64,000 nucleotides of DNA from the NCBI GenBank assembly GCA_964016885.1, contig OZ024743.1:43834001-43898000 (forward strand), given 5' to 3'. The DNA is from Eledone cirrhosa. Its lineage: Eukaryota. Both the position numbers and the translations under genes were made by a program. The notes beneath the pieces are model-generated. The model was not told the origin of the DNA, ran no database searches, and was given only the letters and a program-made list of their open reading frames with translations. Positions 53,450 through 64,000 of this stretch are shown piece after piece (the stretch's first letter is position 1; each line of letters begins with the position of its first letter).

Positions 53450-55560
53450 GGTTACAGTATCGTGAAAGAGGATAGAAAGAAGAGGTATACAGAGGTGCGA
53501 TACAGAATATTACATGCCAAAAGTGGATGCGTAAGTGGTCGATGCTTGGGTTAACAGGGTTAAATATTAGAGAAGGTTAATATTTAGTGTAAGTTTAAGC
53601 AGAGCGGTGATTAGGAAAATAATTAATGAAAGAGTTGCAATCCGTTAAAATATATCTTTATAAAGCTCTTACACGCGTTTCGACCAATGGGTCTCATCTC
53701 AGGCAGATATTATAAGCAAAGTTTTTAATTACAGACCCGAAAAGGGTTAAATAAGAGTTTTACATCACCTTGCATAGTAAATTTAAATGTAAAATGTGTA
53801 AACACGGTGCAATGGAGTGTAGTTTGCTAAGGGAGATAATTACCGGTGCAAGTATAAAGTTTACTACGTAAGTTACGTCCAGTACCAGCTATAGAATAAA
53901 CATGTTGTTTTTTTTTATTTAAAAGGAATTAACATATGCAGGGTTGGTCAACTCAGTATAATTGAAGCCGTGGTAAGGTGTGAATATGAAAGACTATTGG
54001 TAAAGTCATTAAATAATACCAACCGGATACCTAGTTCATGGGGGCATGTTGGGTGCGAATTAGAATGCCTAGAAAAATAAAGTCAATTTGGATCGAAGTA
54101 GTATGTTCATTTGATCAATTGTCTAAGAACTTTTTCAAATTTAAGCAAAGTTCGTAAGGTTACTTAAAGCCAGTCTATCCGAGAGGAAGAATATAGCCGA
54201 GTAGGCCCGACGTGATATATGATGTGCAACTTCCTAGTAGGAAAACAGTGGGTGGATGATGGTGTTATTCTACATTGGTTAATCGTAAATCTACGGCTGG
54301 TAAGTGAGGCCGGGGTGCGGTGTTGAGAGCATCAGGTTTTATAGTGGTTATTCAGTTGTTGGGGTCCATCTGTAGAAAGATTCTTGTAGTCGATGGCCGC
54401 AATTGATGACAGTTTCGGCCGGACTATTTATGAGTGCGTGGGGAGCTTGCACTATATAAAACAGTTCCATTATGCAGAGTTGGCAGCTTTTTTTGAAATT
54501 ATATAGTGTTGCTTGGTTCACAATTTCCCAATGAGTGGTGTAGCTAATGTTAGAGTCTGTTAATTGGGTAATATAACTAGCAAGGGAAGTAGAGTATCTA
54601 AGCTTCTTATTCCTAAAATAGTGGAGATGCGTTCGAAATCGAGTCTTGAACGCCCGAGAAGTAGCTCCTATGTAAGACTTAACACTATTAAACTAGTAAC
54701 CGTGCATCTATAGATAACGTTTTTAGTCAAGCAGTAGCCTCGGAGTGGACAGTTAACAGGGTTACGACATATGCAATATTTGTTGTTGTCACATCTAAGG
54801 TCGTGAGGGCCGGTGTTAATCATATTACTATTATTATCTCCATCACCATACCTGCCATTATTGTGGTTGGCGTTATTATAGCTACAAACACGCGAAGTGG
54901 TGCTATGTCCGCTTTTCGTGTTATAGCGTTTTCGACAACGGCTGTAATAACCGCTATGGTTTCTAACCCTGTCGTCACTCACACTACTGGTGCTGCAGTT
55001 AGTTTCTAAGGTCGCCTTATTGTGTATGCTACGGCTAATATTTAAGATTCATGTCCTGGTTACTAATATCATTATCGTGCGGGGCGACAGAATTGTTAAG
55101 GTGGTCCACATTGTCATATTTCCAAACATTCTCATGTACAGGCATGTTGCATTCTAGTGAGCGTACTGAGGTTGCTAATTGCTATGAGGTCAGCTAGATT
55201 GGGTGTAGTAGAATAAGAAATGTTGACGTTATTCTCATTGAGGATTTTTTGCTATCTGTGGTTAGGTGGGAAGTACCTCTCTAAGGCGTCGAAAAAGATT
55301 CTGGGTAAATTGGAGACCACACTCCGAGAGTAGGGAGGGGGAACCATAGGACATTACGGCGGCGTTTACGCGTCGTTCTGGGGTTACTGCGGAGGTTATT
55401 GACGTGGTGGGTGTCCCTATCAATATAATATGGCAGCTGGATAATGAGTGCTCTGTTAACGTTATGCCTATGTGTACAGCCACTCCTAGCGGTTACCCTA
55501 TGCAGGTTAGAGGGTGTTGGTAATAAACCGTCGCCTTTATTAAGCATGTATGCGGGGAAT
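53450..55560 (-). mobile_element. Decayed YRDD-lineage PLE 3' half (GIY-YIG) with degenerate HHR at ~53665-53702
   Basis: RRNVLWF, ISYSTTPNL, CICRNPVNCPLRGYCLTKNVIYRC, IGATSRAFKTRF..H, CQLCIME; GATGA-gacc-catt-ggtc-GAAACGCGT. Confidence 0.8.
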
Positions 55561-55611
55561 AATTCGAGTAGGTTGTAGTTACTGCTATTAGCCGGACTAT
55601 GAATGTGTGGG

Positions 55612-55667
<56 letters not shown>

Positions 55668-56352
55668 AGAGAGAGTAGCTACAGTGGAATATTCCACTAT
55701 TAAATGTTGATATGGTGTGAAAAGCTCAATTAGCACTTGAGCACGACATTTACTAGGAATTCAAACTGTATTCCGAAATTTCAATTTCCTGCTGTTTCAG
55801 ACGGCGAGGGCAGCAGAGATTAAATATTTAATTTGAAGGTTTTTTAATCAAATCCAACATGATCTCTACATTTCTTACCATACAGGTGAGAAACGTATAT
55901 ATACATGCAACCAATGAATCAATCTGTTATAATTAAAATCATTTACATATGACAGATCTTAACATGTATATCACTAATAGTATGGAAAAAAGATTTAACC
56001 ATCACAGCATGTAGCAAGAATATAAGAAAACAAAGAATAGAAGCGAAACAAAGAAAGAAAGCAGAAAACAGATGCAAGTAGATAAATGGAAACTAGAGCA
56101 AAATAGAATTACCGCTAGGCAGAGAACTTCTGAATAAGATCTTCAGTGGTCTTGTTAAGGCACGCTTGTATGCTTTGTTTAATTTAGGTCCGGTGTTACG
56201 ACATTAGTTAGAGAATTACACTACTTAATGATTTAGACAAGTGCTAAGTATTACCAGAGGGACTGGAATTTGAATCAATATAGAGTGAAAATATAAGGGA
56301 ACACAATAGACATACCCGTGTTGAAATCAATTTATATCATTTTATAACTACT

Positions 56353-56732
56353 AATTGTTTCGACTTTTGGCACAAGGCCAGCAATTACCCCAGTGCATTA
56401 CTAGTGCTTTATTGTGAGAATTAATGGCAAAGGTAACCTCGGCCGGTTTTCAACCCAGAACGTAAAGGGCCATAACTCGGTACTGCAAAACATGTTGCCT
56501 CACGCTCTACCGATACTGCCAATCCACTGCCCTAACTATTATTATAACTAATAATTGTTTCTATTTTTGGCACAAGGCCAGCAATTATCCCAGTGCATTA
56601 CTGGTGCTTTATTTTATCGACACCTTAAGGATGAAAGGCAAAGTTAACCTTGGCGGGATTTGAACTCAGAATGGCAAGAGCCATTACTCTATGCATCAAA
56701 GCATGGCGTCCGGCCTTCTCCCGATACTGCAA
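56353..56732 (-). mobile_element. Two tandem SINE copies (56353-56532, 56552-56732)
   Basis: Both match the 17228 family. Confidence 0.88.
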
Positions 56733-57247
56733 TACACGGTGTAGCTATGGGTAGTAACCGTTTGGCATAAGAACCTACGTTAATATTACAGTGTGTGGAC
56801 ACACATTTCTAAATACACGTACAGCTGAAAGATATATTTATATATATACAACATATTACACACGGATCACTACATCTTTCCACGAAGACCATCCTGAACA
56901 TATGTAGATATACAAGAAAGATATACACACCCGCGTATGAATACATGGTACAGTGTGTGAACAGCATCAGTTATATATCATATGTCCATACTTTTACGTC
57001 CTAATGCAGCATTTTAAGAATACTTGTGTTACAATGTGAGAAAGTCTAGTTTAAGACTAATAAACTAATATAAATAACTACAATTAAAGGTAGGGTTATG
57101 TTAGATAAGCAAAGTTTATTTGTGGAAATAATAGAATGGGCATCTTTACGTTTATCACGATCATAATTCGTTTCTTATAGGAACGTATATTTGGTTATTA
57201 TTCAGTTGAGCTTTATTTTATAGGTGCCTAGTTTATTTATTATATAT

Positions 57248-57430
57248 AATTGTTTCTACTTTTGGCACAAGGCCAGCAATTATCCCAGTGGATTACTGGT
57301 ACTTTATTTTATCGACCCCGTAAGGATGAAAGGCAAAGTTAACCCCGGCGGGATTTGAACTCAGAATAGTAAGGGCCGTAACTCTATACGTCAAAGCATG
57401 GCGTCCGACCAGCTACCGATACTGCCAATC
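57248..57430 (-). mobile_element. SINE, same family
   Basis: Matches the 17228 copy. Confidence 0.9.
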
Positions 57431-57659
57431 GACGTTGTGTTATGTGTGATTACAAGTAACGTTAGTTTAATGGTAAAAGAAAGGATATAGACTATAAGAG
57501 GCAGATTAACATGTGGATCGAACTATAATTTGAACTATTGAAGCTTTAGCGAAATAGTATTATTGGTTCCTTAACTCATGATAGAGTCGTAGGGACAATT
57601 CATTGACATACAACCTCTCCAAGCCTGAGTACAGCAGATTTCTACCAGAGAGAGAAAGA

Positions 57660-57816
57660 ATCAATCCGAGTACTAGACTGGTTCTTTTTTATCGACCTTG
57701 AAAGGGTGAAAGGCAAAGCTGACCTCGGCAGGATTTCAACTCAAAGTGCAGAGAGCCGGAACGAATACCATAAAACATTTTATCTGACGTTCTAACGATT
57801 CTGCCAATTTGTCACC
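57660..57816 (-). mobile_element. Older diverged SINE copy
   Basis: tttatcgaccttgaaagggtgaaaggcaaagctgacctcggcaggatttcaactc. Confidence 0.75.
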
Positions 57817-57959
57817 TGTGGCATTATTAATAAGAGTAACATTATGCAGCTGAGATTTGGTGAAAGGTAAGGGCTTATTAAGTCAACAAGATATTCTATT
57901 CATGTTAATGTTTACTATACATGAAGGAGTGAGAATTATTACGTAGGCGCGTGGAAAGA

Positions 57960-59190
57960 ATTTCGAATTTTCTGTCTAGGATAAACGAGTTTCATTTAAT
58001 AATTAAGAAGCATACTGTGTGGAACAAATTATACCCACGGTTTCCTGATTGGTATACCTGGGCATTTTTGAATACATCCCAACCACTAGAGTATTCAATA
58101 TTAGCATATGTTAAGCTCCATACATAATGGGTTAATGAGGTAGAGCTCTTTAGATATTTTCTTCCTTAAAGAATGACAATGCATAGAGATTCCGAACTCA
58201 AAGCATTTTGATATAGCCCCGATATATATTTTAATATTAGTCGGTGTAGAGATTGTATATTGATAAACTATATTTTCAGTTAGGCAATTACTTTTAAGGG
58301 GCAAATCGAAGGACTTCTACTGCTACAATTTATGTTCGTTACCTTGTTACTAATAGGGTTAGAACATTGAAAATAGGGTGTTGTAGGAAGGGTATGATCA
58401 CCATTTTTGTGATCAAGGCATCTCGTCCTATTTAGGGAATTCCTATTATTTGCTTTTAGTTGTTGCTAGATGTTAGATTGTTAACTAGATTAGGAGTATT
58501 ATAGAATGATGATTTTACTAAGTAGCTGATGGATACTATCAAACAATGTTGGGTATATTAGAGGCTAGGCGACGTTTCTTCTATGTATCGGATCCCCTGT
58601 GGGTAGATTTTATATTTCAAGCTTAAGGGTTTTACAGTATTAGTTGATGTTGGTTATTATTTGGGATACACGGTTCCATTTGTTATTACATGTACACGAA
58701 TTCCGACTTATATCTTTAGAGGAGAGGGGTTAACGGATTCCTTATTGTTGATGCTGTGTTCACAGATTGGAAAATTTGATTTGGGATTAATATTAGGCCC
58801 AGGCAGAACCTATCCATTGTTACAGTAGCTGTAGTAGATGCTACTTTTGTTACGGTTATTATTTATTTTACGATGTTTATTGCATATTTTATGTGTTCAA
58901 TATTACACCTACTTTCCTTAGGTATATGATTATCAATGTAATTATTACTAGTCATCATTTTCCTTTTGAATAATGTAGGATTGTTCCGTCTAGGTGTACT
59001 GTTATTTCCTGAGTTTGGTTTAGGTAGAGAAATACTGTGCGTTATAATACTATAATTTCTGTTGCTCAAAGATGGATTGACATTATAAACGATGTTTCCT
59101 CATAGCGTGATCTACGGCGTGCTTCATTGAAATATTGGATGATTTGATCAAAGCTAGCTTGATTTCAAGAGAGTTTTACCTATATTAATC
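57960..59190 (-). pseudogene. Highly decayed YRDD-lineage PLE 3' half
   Basis: CSRSPSICPLKSNCLTENIVYQY...IYIGAISKCF; YNTPNL. Confidence 0.65.
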
Positions 59191-59362
59191 CTTTACTTAC
59201 ATTCTGGCTACGTGTTGCGATGAATTAACCTTTCTTCCATAATCTTGCGTATATGCATGTGATGATCTATATGTGACCGATATTGGTTATAACAGATTGC
59301 TTCATTGCTTGCATGTATATACAGGTCTTTCATGTGTATAGAAGCAATTGCAGAGATTGAAG

Positions 59363-59411
<49 letters not shown>

Positions 59412-60557
59412 CATCGTCGAAACCGATGGAGAATTCATCATTGTAAGACAGACCTGAAAGGCACTATCTTCATGGCAGGGACAGAATATTTCACCGCTGC
59501 AGAACTAACGGTACACAAGAACAAGAACAATAATTTCTGTTACACTACTGGGTGAATGAAATACCATTTAGAGTTTGTTTAAGGAAGGGCTTTTCAAAAT
59601 TCTAAACATTCCTGTTAACAGCTAGATGTAAGAAAAAAAGATATTTTTTCATTATAGCAAATTACATCCAGCGTATTTTTTTTATGATTTAGAGTGTTTG
59701 ACAAATGCTACTTGCACTCTCATATCAACTCTGGCTATGTCAATATTATCGTTTATTCTTGCAGAGGAAATATATAGTGTGCCTGTTTAAGTTGGTGGAC
59801 ATGTGAAATCTTTATAGCAACGGATGTGATAAATTACTGTAATTATTCCACTACTTTGCGTTCTGAGTTCAATCCGAATAAAGCTTAACTGAATACAAGA
59901 TATACCCATGTTGTCTTGTAAAGCGACTAAGTCCAGGATCACACAGGCAAACCATTTATATTGAAAAAATGCGGAATTTAACCACATAATTTTGTGAATC
60001 ATTGTATGTAATCGGGCATATAAATTGCTGGTTGGTACTATATAATTAGTTATAATTAAGTAAGGTGTAATGAATAAAAATGTATTATGTCCTTAGAAAT
60101 TATGATTCTATCAACGAATAAATTTCAAGTTGATTGCGTCTGCAACAGTTATATGAAAAATTAGAATTTAAAAATGAAAAACAAATCTTATATTTTCTAA
60201 TTAGAACATGCATCATTGTTATTATATTACTGGCAAATTCATTTAACGTATATGTCATACTTGGAATATTTTTTAATAAAACATGAATTTATTACGTCGA
60301 CATTTTAGAATTCTGAAACTATGTTATTTGTTTCAATCTCTGCATAATGCTATAATGAAACTTGCAGATGAACTGAATATATATGCCAATTGATGTTATA
60401 TGCTATATGTTATAGCTTATATAAATCAATGTAAATAGATCTAGAAGCAATAATTTAATTACATAGACTGGATTTATATGATGTACAGAAAATTAAATTA
60501 TGTATTCAAACTTATTTAGTTATATATAATTTTATGCAATGTTTCATAATACGATTA

Positions 60558-60590
<33 letters not shown>

Positions 60591-61924
60591 TCCCAAAGTT
60601 GCTAAGGTGAGTGGTGGTTGTTGGTATAAGTTCCCACTGCTTAACATGTGCTTCTCATTGCATGTTTCTCAAATAACCTCTGGCACCAAGTTGAACCCCT
60701 AGCCTTTCCTTGTGGCTTACATGCAAGCTCGGCAAACTTGCCCCTACTCCCAGGGGAAAGAGGCTTTGTTGGGTTCTAATGCCTTCAAAACAGAACAATT
60801 AATTTAGGAGAAGGCAAACTCTAAGTTCAAGCCTACGCTGTATGTTAGACACACTTATGAGAAAGTTTTCTCGACCAATCTCTGAGGATATAACCGCTGT
60901 CGGTGTCCCTAAGGCATTTCAATGTTATAACCAGCTTCGTTCTGGCAACTGTTCCACCACCGCCAGTGCAAAGTTGTATTGATCCCTATCCTTCCATTGG
61001 ACGGCATCGGCGGCGTCGAGTGGCATGATATGCTGCATGGGAAACTGCCAGTTTTATAAAGCTCTGTCCAATCTGTGTGTCCTGGAAGGGACAGTACACG
61101 TCTTCTGAACCTGGCAGCAAAACACAGAAAGCAGCAGTCTACCGGTTATAGACCTGTACAGGATTTGCAGAGACCATGGAAGGAAAGGCCATTACGACTC
61201 ACTAGGCAGCTACCATTCGCTTCAAGCTGGTTAACTCTACACTGATTGGGTGTTGCCTCTTCAGAGCCCACCAGCTCTACTGGGTGTGCCCTAGGGCCTT
61301 CATAAGGCTTCATAAATATTTAATAAATATTCACATATTTATTACATGTGTGTTTCGACTAGTCGGCATGATATACATCAATTCCAATATTTAAAAGGCA
61401 TCAGAGAATGGTACTAAGGATCTACGAAAATATAGGCTAAATCACTTTTATGAGAGCGACTTCTCAGAAACCCGTCTGCTGTCCAATTCTCTAAGGACAT
61501 CATTCTATTTTAAAGTGACTTGTGATTCAAAATTAACTTATACAGACATAGTAACGACCAATCAAGAATATATAAGGTGCAATATATCTGAAGAAAGAAT
61601 ACACTCTGCACACACACACACACACACGCACACGCACACATACACAAACACAAACACACACACACACAGGTATATACACACGCGTACACTCACATACGTA
61701 CATACACATACACACACATAAATGCACACAAACGATTTGTGTCAGAGAAGAAAGAGGATTGGGGGTCCCAAAAAATATTAAAAATCCAAACTACAAGTTT
61801 ACCCTCTCAAAGTAAACCCCCATCGAGTCTAACGCACTCTCCCATCCTTCTCCGCGAGGTTTCTATGCACCCATGGAAGAATTCTCCCAGGGTAGGATTC
61901 TCCCCAGCTACGACGTCCCGGCCC

Positions 61925-62415
61925 CCTTAGTTGCTATGGTGCTTGGTCTCAGCGTCAAACTAGTACATCCGTGAGTCATCACCGCTGAGGACTCTCCCCA
62001 CAAAGTTTGGTTTTGATTCAAGAGATTCTGTGATGGCCTCACAGAACTTTATGCGGTGCCCCTTCTAAGCATCCTTCAGCAACATCGGTACAAGATTCGC
62101 GCAGTTCTCCCGAATGTTTAAACCATCCTTGATGGTCTTCCAAATGCTGTCGCAGTTCATGCCCAGCTCACTTGGGGTCAATTGAACATTGAGCCGACGA
62201 TCACCACGCACCATCTGCCTCACACGCTCAAGGTTAGACTCAAGGTCCTGCTTGTTGAATGCCTTCCGCTCTTGGTATCATCATTGAAGCTTTTGTGCCA
62301 CTCGGAAACGTGTGAGCTCAATATTGTCAAGTCTTCGTACACATGCAGCCTTATTCTGAGTGATTCTCCCGCACCAGAAACATAATATTAGTTCGTTTCT
62401 CTGTAAACAACGCAT
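61925..62415 (-). pseudogene. Mariner transposase N-terminal half (HTH domains to first catalytic Asp), with stops and frameshifts
   Basis: Manual translation: VYEDL..HVSEWHKSF.DDTKSGRHSTS / LERVRQMVRGDRRLNV...ELG...RENCANLVPMLL..*K.HR...PNFVGRVLSGDDSRMY*FDAETK (cf. WVP, TGDE motifs). Confidence 0.85.
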
Positions 62416-62642
62416 GACGTCTTAAAATACAGGGGCTGTTTAAATAAAACACGTTAAAAAGCAGACAATGGCTGCCAAGAGTTGTGATCGCAGATATATG
62501 CTCCCAGAATTTTATGTCACACAGTAACGCAACCCAATATTAACGCACCCAACTCATAGCTAACACAACACACTACAGTATTTTCCTTTTATGATATATA
62601 TATATATATATATATTTTCTTGTATATATATATATATATATA

Positions 62643-63320
62643 TATATAAGTATGTACACGTACATACATATATGTATACAGACGTACAGTAGTATGTATA
62701 TATATACACATACATGCACAAATATATATATGTATGTATGGATTCACCGAACATTTATCATAATGCTCGGTGTGTTTGTAAACAAACATCCAGTATTAAG
62801 CCGTAGTGTCCAGAAACCATCGTTGCTCGTTTGTTCAACACTGACAAAGGAAAGCTGTATTAGTTTCAAGATTATTAGCTATCGTCAGCAACGTATGCCT
62901 TCCTGCCAGATTGTTGAAGGTATATAATTACCTTATGCATATTAACGCTGAGTAGCCCAATTTGCATATCGAGTGGGTTAATCGGCCGGGTGCACCGAAA
63001 ACGATAAACGGAAAAAATGAAAAGAATTTCATTTCCCACTCTTAGTACGGCTGTTACTTAAATATAAGTATGTACACGTACATACATATATGTATACAGA
63101 CGTACAGTAGTATGTATATATATATATACATATATACAACGATGGTTGCCGGACACTACGGCTTAATACGGGATTTTGTTTACAAACACACCGAGCATTA
63201 TAATAAATGTTCGGTGAATCCATACGTACATATATATATATGTGTGCATGTATGTATATATATATACATACTACTGTACGTCTGTATACATATATGTGTG
63301 TACGTGTACATACTTATATA
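62643..63320. repeat. ~185-bp inverted repeats (62643-62825 / 63137-63320) with an extra direct copy of the arm end at ~63062-63125
   Basis: gattcaccgaacatttatcataatgctcggtgtgtttgtaaac versus gtttacaaacacaccgagcattataataaatgttcggtgaatc. Confidence 0.85.
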
Positions 63321-63815
63321 GAATACAATTATAGACATGACAGAGTTGGCCAACATCTACACTGGGTAATATGTCGACATTACAAAATCAAAGTTGAAGA
63401 CAAGTGGTACAATCATCACCCTGAGGCTGTAACTGATGGAGAAAGAGTAACAATTATCTGGGACTTTCCTGTACATACTGACAGGACCATAAAAGCAAAT
63501 AGACCTGACATCATTGTAAAAGATCAACATAACAAGGTTTGTTCATTGATAGATATGAGCATCCCATGTGATCACAATATCGCGGCAAAAAAATGTGACA
63601 AGCAACGAAATTATAAAGATATGCTTATTGAAATTGAGAAAATGTGGCACCTCCAGGCCGTTACAATTCCAGTGAATGTGGGAGGATTGGGAATGATCAA
63701 GAAAGGAACAGAACAATATTTTCGAATAATTCCTGGTTTACCCTCTCTGCATGAGGTGCAAACAATTGTTTTGACTGGTACTGCACACGTATTGAGAAGA
63801 GCACTATCTCTGTAA
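63321..63815 (+). mobile_element. 3' end of an RLE-type non-LTR retrotransposon (R4/Dong-like restriction-like endonuclease)
   Basis: YRHDRVGQHLHW.IC, WYNH.PE.V, IIWDFPVHTDRTIKANRPDI, LIDMSIP.D, Y..M..EIEKMW, IPV.VGGLG. Confidence 0.85.
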
Positions 63816-64000
63816 GATTGATATCCCTCCTTGTATTTACATATGCATAAGCACATGTGTATATATGTATACTGTTTTTTTTTTTTAATTATAATCAATG
63901 TGCTGTATTAACTGGCTTACCAATGCACACTGTGAATTTATTTGCCCTAGGTGTCAGGAAGACACTCGGCATATATCTCAGAAACAATAATGAAAGAAAA

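Noticed and set aside
60640-61290. GC-richer segment resembling a LINE 5' UTR
   Set aside because: Only a vague motif resemblance and no ORF; not assignable.

Overview
AT-rich eukaryotic (animal) DNA packed with (TA)n/(CA)n/(CT)n microsatellites and transposon remnants. The SINE sequences resemble those I recall from coleoid cephalopods (probably octopus); this is an inference. No host protein-coding gene can be supported. Most ORFs in the supplied track are microsatellite artefacts. The window is dominated by Penelope-like retroelements (PLEs; RT + C-terminal GIY-YIG) of at least three lineages: an uninterrupted YRDD-type ORF (13172-15454, -) plus two decayed relatives; a Naiad-like family in three copies, two joined head-to-head at 48.5-53.4 kb; and a Penelope/Poseidon-like copy (44-46.4 kb, -). 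Also present: Tx1/L1, RTE and R4/Dong-like LINE remnants, a mariner transposase pseudogene, two non-autonomous Helitrons, a tiny Tc1/mariner MITE, about 13 SINEs and a 51-bp minisatellite with higher-order structure. The most notable signal is a set of minimal type-I hammerhead ribozyme (HHR) motifs from several distinct families, one with a compensatory U3-A8 core. They sit in PLE 3' ends and in many short fold-back cassettes next to (TA)n tracts. All calls are from manual reading; nothing was searched or folded computationally.
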